Shown here piece after piece: positions 19,879 to 33,172 of a stretch of 64,000 nt of DNA. This stretch comes from Catajapyx aquilonaris (lineage: Eukaryota). Below the pieces are notes generated by a model, which saw only the letters and a program-made list of their open reading frames with translations, was not told the DNA's origin and searched no databases. The stretch spans positions 62,001-126,000 of the forward strand of contig KZ538551.1 of assembly GCA_000934665.2 (NCBI GenBank). Reading direction: 5' to 3'. The position numbers were made by a program, and so were the translations under genes. Each line of letters begins with the position of its first letter. Position 1 is the first letter of the stretch.

Positions 19879-21875
19879 GTCAGCATTTATTTTGTATCAG
19901 GGAATAATAATATTGTAATTCACATAATCTGCGGATACAATAATAATATAAAAAAGTGTGAGAACCCACAGCTTGCGATTTTTTTTCATCCTCGGTGACA
20001 ATTCCAACCTGTTCTTAAATGGTCCAGTGAACTCGTGTTTCTTTTCAACTCTTCATGAGGTTAGAACCATGTCCCCTTTGGCAGGGAAAACTTCCCTTCA
20101 AGTTTTGTGTTAAACTTCTGCAAACTTTATGAGCCTACTTGACAGATTTCCCAGGGGGTATTCCAGAGAAGAAGGAAGGAGCAGTCAGTGGAAAACAGGG
20201 ATCTCTCGCTGTACCGAGGAAAAAGAAGAAGAAGCACTAGTTAGCATTTCTAGTACAGTTATACTTTTCTTCACACCGAGGATAACAACAATGTGTGGAG
20301 GAAAAATATATATTTTCTGTTCCCTCGGGGTCCATCGCGTAGTGATAAATGAGGATCCATGATGGATTGACGTGCCTCGAGACAGAGAAGTCGAAGCAAA
20401 AGGGGCTGGTGATTAGAGGCTGGCTGGCCTCAGCAAATATGCTCCGATGCAGGGGGCTGGCTGCTGCCATGACGACGCCGACGACGCCATCCGTCTTGTC
20501 TCTTTCTCTCTGAAGTCTCCACAATAGCCTCCTACGATTTCCTTCAACCTGTGTGATCCAGATAAACAATTTTAAGTCGCTTCGGAACAAATTATTATTT
20601 TGATGTATTAATAAAAAATTTTTGAACATAACTCTGTGCATAAGGGGATGTAGGAGGGGCGGCCTTTTCTTTATCGACGTCGATATACCGAGGGGTTGAC
20701 TCCCTTGACATTTATGATCTTCGACGCCCGATATTTTTACTCTCGAAAGGTTTGAGAGAACTTCAGGCGCCTTTTTTGTATTCATTTAGCAGCCATATTT
20801 TCCACACCTGATTTAAGTGCTTCTGATCCTATTTTTTTTTGTACTGAGATTGTATATGACAAAAATATCATCTACATGGCGACTAAAGTCTGGATTGCAT
20901 TGTTAGCTGCCAGAACAAGAGCATTAAAAATTGATGCTCCATAATAGGAGACTCACCAACTGTGATGGTTTTGCTGTGTAGCTAATGCTCTAGATGGCCT
21001 ACAGTTTTCAGGATAATTCTATTATTGGACGACCTACTTTTGATTAGTACATTGAACAAACAGATCAGTAACCCTGGGGGTGCAGTGTCGTCAAGGAAAT
21101 GGAGAGAGCCGTTCTTTATTATTATTATTATTAGCGGCGGATAAGATTTGGTGCTCGTAGATTAATCACGTGCTGCTGTATACGTGCAGGGCTTGTCAAA
21201 AACTGGCAGCAAAATCCTTTTTTCCTCTCCAAAAAATAAGAAGAAGAGGAGAATGCAAAGAAGAGCAAAATGGGATCCCTGTATAAGAAAGGGAAAGGCG
21301 CGTCCTTTTCAAATCTCCCTTGTCTCCCGCGATGTGCGGAGAAAAGGAAGGGGACAACAAAAGGAGGAAAAAGCCGAGCAGACGCCTTCGTGTCAGACCT
21401 TATCACCAAGAGAAGCAACCCAAAGGCCCGACCCTCCCTTCCACATCCTTCATCACACCTGATGACGCTGTAACTTAAAGACGTGAGACTCGTCTTTCCG
21501 GAACCGGCTCACTAATGCAAAGAGTGGGGCCGGTTCTGGAACGGGTCCGGTTTCTCGACTGCAGTGTTATCTGTGCCTATAACCTGGAGGTGGAGACGCT
21601 GCATTGTTTGCAGGCTTTTGTCCCCCCTAGGGAGGCGAAGAAATCCGCAAATCCGTCCATGTCCCCAGAGGCACACTGCTACTGCAATGCAGGCCTATTG
21701 TTATCTCCTGCCCTTAATGAATGCAAGTGACTCCTGACGAGAATGGTTGAGTCTGCCTTCGACTTTCCTTGAGCCTCCAAATTGGCGGAAACTCTACAGT
21801 TTCTGATTCGCTTATCTTTAAACCCAAGGAATCGAGGAGAGAGAAACCCCCCCTCCCAGTTTATATCAGTCCCAT

Positions 21876-21880
<5 letters not shown>

Positions 21881-21922
<42 letters not shown>
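21881..21922. repeat. (AG)n microsatellite
   Basis: Read directly; a (CT)n tract also occurs at about 39338-39384. Confidence 0.95.
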
Positions 21923-21926
<4 letters not shown>

Positions 21927-22469
21927 CTCTTTATTTCCAAACAATGCGCAAGTCCACTCTGAAATTGAGAAGCCACAATCTGGGGGACTCTCAGCTTCAC
22001 CTCTTCTTTTTTTCTTCTTCTTCTTTCTTCCTCTTCACTCCATAACACCGACAGTCTCTTGGTTGATTGCAGAACAAACACCGGCGGCTTCCTCTCACTC
22101 TCTCGAGAGACAAAGAGCCAGCTGAGTTCCGGAGCAAGAAAACAGACCCCCTTTTGGTTGTTCCGCACTCCAGAAAACACGTCTGGAGACGCTCCTATGG
22201 GGGGGGGAGAAAAAATACAGGACTATTAGACACCCAAGCATTGTACAAATGATAGAAGGTCGAGGGTTTCATCGTATACTACGCTAATCCCCTTATTCTC
22301 TCCGTCTGCGTATATGTCCCTGTTGACTAGTCGCCTATAGGTAGTCAACCATATAGTTTTCACTTTCCCTGTTCAACAATTAAGAGGACAACGGTCTGAG
22401 AGGGTGGGACCCACTTCACTTGATTCACACGCGCTGGTTAGAACACCCTGGTGGGCTTTGTCAAACGCA

Positions 22470-22565
22470 GTGACTCATCACCAACGTGCATGTAGTACTA
22501 CTTTCCTCCCAAGAGTGGGAGTAGTCTGCAGCCTATGCGCCAACTGGTAGTGGCATATCGTACCA
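22470..22565. repeat. Dispersed repeat family (CTCATCACCAACGTGCATGTAGT...)
   Basis: Copies at about 22470-22565 and 23501-23583, and inverted at about 47497-47590. Confidence 0.7.
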
Positions 22566-23168
22566 CTACGTCCTAGGCGGGCCGGGCAGTGTTGCCAAAT
22601 TTTGATATAGTTATTTGATGAAATATTTTGGGGGGGTATAATATGCTAATCTCTCTCGCTCGAACTTTCTCAAGTGCCCACCCTCTCCCACCTTCTCTCT
22701 CTAGAACTAAATCGAAGGAAGGTCTTCCCTCCCCCCCTCCCATCGTCGTAAACCTCTCCTCAGTTCGGCGTGGAAATTGCAACTTCCTAAAAGGATTGCC
22801 ATCGGGATTCGAGTCGTTCCGCAACCCCCTCCATCCGCAACCCCCCTCTCCCCTGCCCTACCCTACCGCCTACCCTCCCTCAGCCTTCTCTCTAGAATTT
22901 ATCTGCAACGGAATAAATTCAACCCCCTTCTCCTCTTTTCCCGTCCTGAATTAATGTTAATGTGACCCCCCTCCCTTTGCATCGATCAAAAAAAGAAAAA
23001 GAGAAAAAAAAAGCCAGGCAGGGAAATCAGAACATCCCTGAGTTCTCCCAGAGCAGGCATAAATTTGCATGGGATGCGCACACATTTTTTGCAAAGAAAT
23101 ATGTTTCATCTGTAAAAAGAATATCGAACCTCCTGCTTGGTGGTAGGTTCTAATTTGGAAATAAATAA

Positions 23169-23470
23169 TCTTACATTATATAAAAGGGAAAGTTTGTTTG
23201 TTTGTCCCATGTCTCCTCCTCGCCCACACCTCCCCTCCACTCTATACCTCCCCCTATATCTCACATACTGGTTTACATGGCAACGTGGTTTATTCTTCAA
23301 TTCCCGTGCGAAGAACATACTGGTATCCTGCTAGCCTTACATTATATAAAAGGTAAAGTTTGTTTGCTTTTTATTTGTTTGTTTGTTTGTTTGACCATGG
23401 CATCAAAAAAACAGTGATTTTTGTTGATGGCATGGAAACGGGTCGCGGCAAGAACGGGCTCCGCTGCTAT
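23169..23470 (+). mobile_element. Two head-to-tail non-autonomous Helitron-like elements
   Basis: A|TCTTACATTATATAAAAGG...CTGCTAG (to 23334), immediately followed by CCTTACATTATATAAAAGG...GAACGGGCTCCGCTGCTAT. Confidence 0.65.
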
Positions 23471-25732
23471 TAAATCTGATAGAATTGGCTAGGCCATATG
23501 CTCATCACCAACGTGCATGTAGTTACTGCTTTCCCCCTGAGAGCGGCGGTACCTGCGAGTCACCTGGTTGTGGCATATTATACTGTATCAAATTGGGGGA
23601 AGTGTTGCCAAGTATGGCCAATTGCTAATGGAGTGAAGACAACTTGTGGTCAAGGCACTGAAAGGTGAATCCGTCGCACATAATTTGGCAAAAGGCTATA
23701 ATAATAATAATAATAATAAGTATGACAGTGAATATGAAACAACTTTAATGAGAAGTCCCTCCGATTTTACCACGTACTACTATTCTTCACTCATAGATGG
23801 CGCACATTCCCTCTGCACACTCCTGCCACCTTCAGGCCGTGCGATACTATATCAGGTCGGACAAACATCAGACGGAGAGAATAATTATGGCAACGTTGCT
23901 GGAGCAAGTTGAGGCCAAAAGGTGCTGATTTCTTCACATTTCCCGTTCTCCTGGATTTTTCTTCCTCCGTTTCCTCCAGCAGCCACGGTGGCAGATTTGG
24001 CTGGAAGGCAATAATGTTGGGGTGTGGGTGGGTGGCTGGATGGGTGGGGTGGAGGAGAAAGAATGTTCGCTGAGTAGCAGCAGGCACAATCCCCCCCTTT
24101 GGGGAAAAGGTGTGTGTAGGGAGGGAGAGAGAGAGGTGGGAAAGAGAGAGATTTAGTGGGCCATCTGAGATGGAAGCAAGGGTCCAATGGCCGGGCCTGG
24201 CGCCTCGTTAGCACTGCCCAGAACACCATGGAAGAGAAATCCTCCCTCAGGAGGGGGCGGAAACTCACTCGACTTCTTCAAAGCTTATGGACTACCTAAC
24301 ACCCCCTCATCTCATTCCTAAATTGCAGCATGACTCGCTCAAACGCAGCCGGCGCACTCTTGTTTACGGTTTTGCTCACAAGGGTGCGACACCTGCAGGG
24401 AAATACGTCAGGAGAGGGGGGGTTGAAGCCAATGTGACGAACCGTGACATAGGGTGGTGGTGGGGGGGAAATATTACGCCATATAGGAAGTCTGTAAAAA
24501 AGGAGAAATCAAGCCTCAAAGCCTTTTGCATGTTCAAGTAGAACAACTCCATTAGAAACACAAGAAATAAAACAGTGATGCCGAAGCTCTTGGGCGTCCA
24601 TTTGGTATGGGGGAACTAGAAAAGGGAAAAGGGCTTTAAAGGTAAAATAAAAATGAGGTTTACGCCAGGCTGCGCTTACTCCCAAACTCCACTCGGGCTT
24701 CTCTTAAATGGTTAAAAGCAGGTTAAGAGGGACCGTTAGGAGATGCGATTGAGTAGTTCGGTTTTAACTCCTCCAGATAAAACGGAATTCATTGTGCATA
24801 ATAATGGGAGTGGTCATATAAGATCATGGGATTTCTTTTCTTTTTTCCCCCCGTATTTTCCAAGTCAATAAGTGAAAAAAGCAGAGGCGCAAAAAATGGA
24901 ATAGTACAGGGTGTTACATTATTCGCAATCGTCATTTTATTAAGCAGTTATGCCGATTTTCAAAGGGGGAAAAAAATTAACAAATTATTATCTTTCCAAT
25001 CCAAACGCACGATTACACAAACGATGCGACAAATCAAAAAATTCGTAAGCCAATATTATTAGCAATAATTGTATAAAATCCCTTTTTGACCGCTTAAAAT
25101 TGACAATTACATTGTAACATTTTTACAAAAAAAATGAACAAATCGAACAATATTATCCTGGAGCTTTACATAAACCACAATCACTTTAACAATATGAAAG
25201 CTTTTTTTTTCATAATAGTCAAATTGCCCGAATGCAAAGGGCCAAAATGATTTTGTCCTCAACTTTTTTTGGCGAATGGTGCAAAAGGCGTCGACATATT
25301 GCCTGCATTTTCTGCCTTAATCTTTTTGTCTTGTACAGTACCAGACCAATTCAGCACACCCTGTAGCAGGTGATGCTTAGGGCCAATTAACTTCTTGAGA
25401 GTGTTGCTTTTGAAGTGAGGAAAAGCAGTTAGAGAGAGAGAGAGAAGTGTGTCTCTCCAGCTCTCTTCTGGCGCCATCAATTGAATAATAATTCCTCGTC
25501 GCCTTGTAATTAGAAGGGCAAAGATCCAGCTCGTTAGTTCATTACGAGGCCTCAGATTACTGCAATACAAGTGGATTCGGCTGCTCCCAGTCGTAACTAA
25601 AGAGCAAAGGAGCTCCGTAATTGTAGATTATTAAGCGCTTCATCCAACCTCTTTATCGTTAATAGTTCATCCGATCCCCTCCTGATCATGACCGCGTTCC
25701 AACAATGGTTCACGTCATTATTGCACCGGCGT

Positions 25733-25843
25733 GGAAATGAGTATAAGGCAGCAGACCTGAAGCTCAAATTAGCCTCCAAGAGAGGTCCTCCGGATGACCA
25801 CCTTCACTTGATCATAGATCTCTTGGAGGCTAATTTGAGCTTC
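25733..25843. repeat. Palindromic dispersed repeat family (TTGGAGGCTAATTTGAGC / GCTCAAATTAGCCTCCAA)
   Basis: Further copies at about 33556-33790 and 51547-51646, with fragments near 26035 and 37120. Confidence 0.75.
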
Positions 25844-26459
25844 GGCCCTAACAGAAATAGATGGCAAGAGTGTCGATGTAAAACTGATAAAAATTCAGGG
25901 TGTAAAGTTCAGACAATTTTGTTTTCTAAAAGTCTGTTTCATTTTTGTTCGCTTGCGAAACATATTGAATAGGCTAGTTGTCCTCGGACTTGATTTGCAG
26001 TATTTTATGATATGGCAATGATATGATAGTCGTTCCTTCAGGTCTGCTACCGTATCCTCATTCTGCAACTGTTAACAAACTGTAACACTACAGATGTTGC
26101 TGAATATTTTAGCGCCAATGCAGCAGAGTGATGTCTCCCTAGGGTTATGTCACTTTTGGTGACCACCAAGGGAATCCCCCCACCCCCCTTCTAAAAAAAA
26201 CAACAACTTCATCAACCGTCATTCCGACCGAAAATTTCACAGCAGAAAATTATGTGAAGAGTAATGAAATTAGGTGGAAATCCGGGTGAATGTGTGGAAG
26301 AGGGCGGGGTTAATTCGAGCTTCGCCCCGCAAATTTCGTGATTAGTCCCAGGATGCAACTGCATTATCTCCCTGCATTCCTCCCTAACCCCTCCCCCCCC
26401 CCTTCCCTCTGTATAAATCTTCCTCAATCCCACCCCCACCCTTCCCCTCCCCCCCCCCC

Positions 26460-26604
26460 NNNNNNNNNNNNNNNNNNNNNNNNNNNNNNNNNNNNNNNNN
26501 NNNNNNNNNNNNNNNNNNNNNNNNNNNNNNNNNNNNNNNNNNNNNNNNNNNNNNNNNNNNNNNNNNNNNNNNNNNNNNNNNNNNNNNNNNNNNNNNNNNN
26601 NNNN
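26460..26604. other. Assembly gap (others at 39385-39485 and 57733-57773)
   Basis: Runs of N flanked by poly-C/G or (CT)n. Confidence 1.
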
Positions 26605-26705
26605 AGGGGGGGGGGGGGGGGGGGGGGGAAGTGGAATGAACTGGCACGGAACGGAACGGATTGGCCCGGCGCGGCCAGTCTGAGCCATTCATAAGCTTAT
26701 ATAAA

Positions 26706-26826
26706 TGGCTAAGGTGTGCCTCTGTTTGTCCGGTGTATGTAGTACCACATTTCCCCCGCATGGCAGAGTGGCAGCACTGTGCAGAGAGGGAGGTCGCCAT
26801 CTATAAGCCAAGTACGTAACCACTAC
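26706..26826. repeat. Dispersed repeat family (TGCCTCTGTTTGTCC...CGCCATCTA...GTACTAC)
   Basis: Related copies at about 23770-23865 (inverted), 28556-28637, 36295-36350, 50841-50917, 52403-52468 and 61280-61338 (inverted). Confidence 0.65.
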
Positions 26827-29800
26827 AAAACCAGCACAATTGTAACGGGCTCCAATAAGCCATGGAATCAGCAAGATCTCCCGTCAATTGAAGCATGCTA
26901 ATTAAGGCAATCGGATGTCGTTAATCCCATGCGAAATTAGGACCAGGAATTTCCCTTCCAATCTCCTATGCAGCATGCTGTATATAGGAATGGCGGCGGT
27001 GGGATGATCCTTTCCCTTTGTAGCTGCTACATTTGACTTTACCACCTTGGTGGGTTTGCGATCGGGAAGTGTCGCGTAATAATGGCATTATTGGAAGCGA
27101 GATTTATGAGGGGGGGGGGGNTGACAAATGAGAGAGTGATTAATCGGGAGGTGGGGGGGGGGGAGGATGGGGTGACAATCTCCGGATATGCGAGGCCACA
27201 GGGCTTGTCCATATAAAGCCAGTCAATGTGGCAAGGGAGCTATATTAAAGCAAATAAATAAAATATTAAAAATTAATTACATAACATAGGAAGTAACAGT
27301 GCATAGTGTAATAACATCATCGTGTGAATGATATACCGCAATAAAAAATGAAATATAGGATAATACTCGTAAGTAAATGACGATAGAACGAAATAGATGC
27401 AATAAATAAAACATGAACTTTACGGATGACCCTAAAGCAGTTGCAATAACTCCTGCAATTTGTGATGCAATTTTTATTTCTGTCTTGGTTTTACCACCAT
27501 TTTTCCCCAGCATAATTCTCGAGAGTCAAAACAATTTTATTACACTTGTATCCCCACCAGTGCAATGATTTCTTTGCATGAGTGCACCTCATACACCCGA
27601 AGCAATGACGGATGGCCCTAGTCGAAAATATTAGTGGCCTGGATCATGTCTGCTCATGGAAAACGAGGCTGAGAGTGTTTATAGATGTTTCTGTGGGCGG
27701 ACTAGACGGCACCGAATTGCAAAAAAAAAGAAGAAGAAAAAAGAGCGAGCAAAAGTATAGTATATAGCATGGTATAGGAATTGCAAGAAGAAAGGGGGGG
27801 AAAAAGAGAGAGGCTGGCTCGCAAGTAAGCGTGTTCAGCAGAATGGAAATGAAAAGAAGGAAAGTCCGCCCCAGTTGGCCAAAGATCCCTCCGAAACGAC
27901 TACAAAAACCCTTTTGCAAGTCCAGAAGTAATTGGAGCTGCAGCTAGCAGCCAAGGAAGCGACTGGATTTACAATAGACCGTTTCTTTTGCCAGCTTCCA
28001 ACAACAGTTACAACAACAGCAAAAAATAGACGGAGGTTGTTATACACCCCACTCTAATAGACCGCCCAAATTTTATCTATGGAAAAAATGGTCCAGACGA
28101 TATGCTAAAGAGCTACTTCTAAAAAGTTATGGCTCCCATCTATCGTATAAGCAATACAGTTTGTAAATATTTTAGTTATGTAATATGTATTATGCAATAT
28201 GGTATCTTATAGGTAGTATGAATAGTTTTAATGTTTTATTTTTGTAATACATATTGAATACGTAAATGTAATATGTCATTTGTATTATTTAATTGTGTGT
28301 ATGATTTTAAATGTTTTATGTAAGATGTATTGTGTAATATTGTATCACTAATATGTAATAGGTAATATGGATATTTTAAATATTTTATTTGCGTATTACA
28401 TATTATGTAATTTTAATGTACTGTATATTATGTCATGTGTATTTTTATTTAATGATGTACCGGTATATTATTTTAAATATTTTCTTTGTGTAATATATAT
28501 TTTATATCAGTTATTTTATTTGTGATATATAATTGTGTTATGTAATAATCGAATATTGGCTTAGGTATGTGCCTCTGTCCGCGGTGAGTCATCACCAGTG
28601 TGCAGCGCCATATATGAGAGAAATATGGTACTACTACAGTTTGAATGCCCAGTGTTACCAGATTTCGGCCACTCTCGCATAGTAAATAAGTAATATGGTC
28701 CGGCCTTAGAATTACGCGAATTTGCCCCACGCTCTGTATACACACATTGCACGTTTGAACAAGTAGCCACACTCTGTCTCGCTGGCTCGTAAAACACCGA
28801 AGGTTTGTGCAGGGTAAAGTTGGCGGAATCCGCCAACCGCAGGCAAGGGTAAATGAAGTCGGGAGTACGGAGATGGGGGTGTTATTCAAGCAGCGCACTT
28901 TCAAAGTACTGAAGGGGAAAAGCAATTGTGTTGTAGTTTTGGGAGGATGGAGAGCTGGGGAGGGGAAGAGAAAACGATCGACTTGGGACAAGGGGGTTTT
29001 GGCCCCCCCGACCGTATTTTGCAGCTTCCGGATCCTGGGAATAACTAGGTGGCGGTTAACCCCCCCAGACGAAATGGCCGAATTTAACTAGGGTTATAGT
29101 ATGAGAGAGGCAGCTTCGGATCTTTCCAATCTGTCCCTGCAGCTATCTTGTGAGCACACCTGTTCTGTCTCCATACATTTTTGAATTGAATGCACCACCC
29201 CTATACTGTAAAAAAGACAGTCATTTTGATTGCAGTTGTATAAAGAGCTGTACTTTGAGAGCATGAGAGCTCGTCCTTTCCAGGTAATAAAATTTGCACT
29301 GTAGGTTTAAATGCCGACAAAGTTTGGCTTTTCGGCTTTTCGAGGAATCGTATTTAGTTTGCTGGCGGAAGAGTGATACAGTTTGAGTAATACCTGGAAA
29401 CAGCACCAAGGATGTGTAATGCGCGTAATTGGATAACCGCTGTCTCTCCGACTGTCGCATAAATTTTCTTTATAAAATTGTGTCATTTACAGCAATTATG
29501 ACGGATCATTTCAGAAAATATTATACTGGGCTTTTATACTTAAAAAGTTTGGCAGAAATGTTAGCAAAGGTTGCTGTCACAATCCACCAGAAAGATAATT
29601 TTTGTGGCTATTTATTTAATTTTTGTTCGGCACATGTAAAACTTGTTAACCTTGAGAGATAAGAGGCTGACCCGATCTTTAAGGCCCTGTAAAACTTGTT
29701 AGTAATTGCTGCTAAAATATTGCAAAATTAATCTGTTCGGCTTCTTAGAAAATCGGCAGAAACCTTTGTATACATGCAAGTGCAGCATATATTATTGCGT

Positions 29801-32340
29801 TTTTCATCAAGTTCGACATTTTTTTCAATCTTCTCCATCCAATACATGTTCGCTCTTTATCTTGAAAGGTGAATCAGTGCAATAATTTGTTCCAGATACA
29901 AAAATTGTTGGAAAAATTGGGAACGAAAATAGGACCAAGCGTGTGGGTTGAAGAAGAAGAGAAAAACATTTCTTTTGCAATCTGAGGCTCGCCTGAAGGC
30001 ATGTGAGAAAGTAGAGAGAGAAAAAAGAGAAGAAGTCAGTGTGAGTAAAAGAGTTTGTTTCCAGATCGAAACCTTTGCCGCCTCGTCCAGATTGAACTGT
30101 CACGAGACAGAAGAAGGAGAGATGCCAGGGTCTCTTTTTTTTCTCTCCCAGTTTCTTCTTCTTCTATACCATCTAACCTTCGCTCGGTTAGCTAACTCCC
30201 AGAAGTGGCACTTGCCCTTTCGCCTCTTTCAGGATCAAAAAAGCGCACTTCTTTTCTCCAAACCATATAGGTTTCAATGTCCTCTCCAGCAAAGTTTCGG
30301 ACACGACAATCTTGAACCATGTTGATTACACAATTAGCCCCCCCTAGAAATGTGGGAGACATCTGGATGCAAATTCCTCTCAGTCACACCCTTGTCTCTT
30401 TTCCCTGAAAGGAGAAGGTGTAACAACCCAATCGACCTGCACACTTCACAATAAAGCCGTAAGCTCTCTGGCAGCACCTCCCCCCCCCCTTTTCCACCCC
30501 TCATCAAAATGAACCCATTTGGTCCCAAAGGGTCCCCTGGAAGCATAATCCAGGCACATTATAATGGCATCGCTTCCTCTGTTGTAAATCAAGAGCAACT
30601 CTCCCACCCAAATGAAGTAGTGAATCTGCTCTAAGCCCTGTCCACGGCTCAGCCTGAATTTTAAGGAGACCAAACCATCTCCTCTCTATTTTTTTTCTAG
30701 TAGTCCTGAATTTCAATGCGATGGATGGTGACGTTTCAATCCCTCGGGGTTGGCCAATGTCGATGGCCATTCAGCCAAAAATGTTCAACTCCTGATTTTT
30801 TATTGCCATTTTCAAGAACTGCATCAAAAAATGTGGCAGAATCTGGACAATTCCGGTGTTGCAAAGCTTGGCAACACTGCCCGGCTCGCCTCCCACTTGG
30901 GAGGTAGTACGATATTCCGCAACCAGATGGCGCGCGCCTGCACACTACTGCCACTCCACGTGGTAACTATGGTGTACCTGTAAACTGTAAAATGCAAAGT
31001 GTTTGTCCCATAAACAAGTATTAAATGTGAATGAGTCGATGTCATTTTTGGTGGGCCAGACACGTATTTTTGGTGCTTTTTTAGCTCCATGTCGATTGAT
31101 GTCCGTCCGGACAAGTGAAGCCAAACGAGCCTCCCGGAGTTTAAAGACGTCTCTTGTTGGTTTTTTCGGGGGGGGGGGGNGGGGCACGGAGGTAAAGGAT
31201 CGTCAGAAATGGGACGAGCATCATAAAGGAAAATGGGCGACCCTTAACGAGTGGGTTGGCCTAGATCCAAGAGCGAGTTAGTGTCGGGGAGGCAAGTGCG
31301 AGTTTCTCTCCTAGATCACTTCCTCACCTCAAACTCTCTCTCTAGCCCCCATCTAGACCTGGTGCTGTAGAATGGAAGTTTAAACGGATACAAAGATGGC
31401 GGTGGTATATAAGGTAGCAGGGTCGCAACGGGGGAACCATCACAGGAATGGGAATGAGTAGAGCTGCTCAGTCTCTCTCTCTTTCCCCTCGTCTATTTCA
31501 CATGCAAAGACCGGGACCTGCCAGCCAAATTATTCCTCTCGCGAGTGAGCCACTTCCTCCATATCTCAACTTTTGCGTAAGTCTCTGGGATAAGGGAACG
31601 AAGGCTTCTTCTTCTTCTTCTTCTTCTTCTTCTCTCTTCTTCTCGTATCAGAAACTTTCACGCTCCGTCGCACCTTTTTTTCTCTTCTAAACATTATGCA
31701 TAGTGTGGCATATGTTGAATATTTTTTTGCAAGTTCGGTGCGCAAATGACATTCATCACATGGAACTGATCCGTGCCCACGTTTGATTACCAGACTCACC
31801 AGGGATGCTTCTTCATCATCTGCTCAGCATCATAACGCAATAGTTGATCAGCATCCAGCCAGGGGGGAAAGAAAAATCCCCCAGATACGTTACATCGATG
31901 CCAACAAATTTTCTGATTGTTTCGATATGTCTGACGGCAGGATTGGCACAACCCAATTCCCAAAAACTCGGAGCAGCAAAGGCCATTACATCTTCTGATA
32001 TTTCCCACAGGTCCATTGGCGGCAATGTCACCAAAAAATCACCGAAGAGAGACCGCAGCATCCTCTGCCAAAAGCTAACACTTCCGAGGAATTTTCTGTG
32101 GGGAGAGGAAAGTACTAGAGCCACTCCCGGAAGTTTTGATATTGATCGAAACGGACCGGTGTCAGTGGAAAAAAAAATGTTGCAGCATTGGGCCCATTTA
32201 CACTATACTTGAAAGTGGACCCAAAGTTCATGTCGAAACATTTAAAATGCTGAAAAATGACTTTCTTATTAACGTAGTTTCTGGTATAGAAGGCCCGGAC
32301 GATGATGACCTCTTGACCTCTTGCTCCGTTGACAAGCACC

Positions 32341-32415
32341 TCAAGCACTGATGTCCTCACACAGTTCTTGCTATCTTAAAACCACAAGAATTGCGTTTGG
32401 ACAATCAAAGCTTGA
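32341..32415 (-). ncRNA. mir-219: pre-miR-219 hairpin; mature 5p UGAUUGUCCAAACGCAAUUCUUG at 32385-32407, 3p arm 32347-32368
   Basis: Exact match to the bilaterian miR-219 mature sequence as I know it. The arms pair around a ~14-nt loop, with a basal stem TCAAGC/GCTTGA, apical UGUG, and a CNNC (CAAC) 16 nt after the 3p end. Confidence 0.97.
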
Positions 32416-32496
32416 CAATGCTGCAGGCATCGCTCCTTACAAGTCTTTTTCTCTCTCCTTCCCTCGCTTCAAATTAATTTCTCATTATTGAAATCT

Positions 32497-33172
32497 TAGT
32501 CGTTAGTAGGCTAGCACGTACTGTTAGTAGCAGTCAGTAACAGTTAGTAGTAATCAGTTAGTATATTAGTTAGTATCAAATTAGTATTACTTAGTAGGAG
32601 TCAGTTAGTAGTAGCAGTTAGTAGTAGTAGTAGTAGTAGTAGTTAGTTAGTAGCACTTAGTAGTAGTTAGTATCAGACAGTCAGTTAGTAGTATTACTTA
32701 CTAGCAGTCAGTTAGTAGTAGTAGTAGTTAGTTAGTAGCACTTAGCAGTAGTTAGTATCAGTCAGTTAGTAGTAGTAGTTAGTTAGTAGCACTTAGCAGT
32801 AGTTAGTATCAGTCAGTTAGTAGTAGTTAGTTAGTAGCACTTGGTAGTAGTTAGTATCAGTCAGTTAGTAGTAGTTAGTATAGTATCAGTCAGTTAGTAG
32901 TAGTTAGTATCAGCCAGTTAGTAGTAGTTAGTATCAGTCAGTTAGTAGTAGTTAGTATCAGCCAGTTAGTAGTAGTTAGTTAGTAGCACTTGGTAGTAGT
33001 TAGTATCTGTCAGTTAGTAGTAGTTAGTATCAGCCAGTTAGTAGTAGTTAGTATCAGTCAGTTAGTAGTAGTTAGTATCAGCCAGTTAGTAGTAGTTAGT
33101 ATCAGTCAGTTAGTAGTAGTTAGTATCAGTCAGTTAGTAGTCATTTAGCAGTAGTTACTTTTGTAGTTAGTA
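32497..33172. repeat. Complex (TAG)n/(TTAG)-based minisatellite, ~22-bp higher-order unit GTTAGTAGTAGTTAGTATCAGT/CCA
   Basis: Read directly. Confidence 0.95.

Noticed and set aside
20237..20785. 182-aa minus-strand ORF
   Set aside because: No recognisable domain in any frame and no partner coding exons found; at most a non-coding exon.
31796..32360. Several 70-120-aa ORFs next to miR-219
   Set aside because: No recognisable homology or consistent exon chain. A pri-miRNA-encoded peptide cannot be excluded without ribosome profiling.
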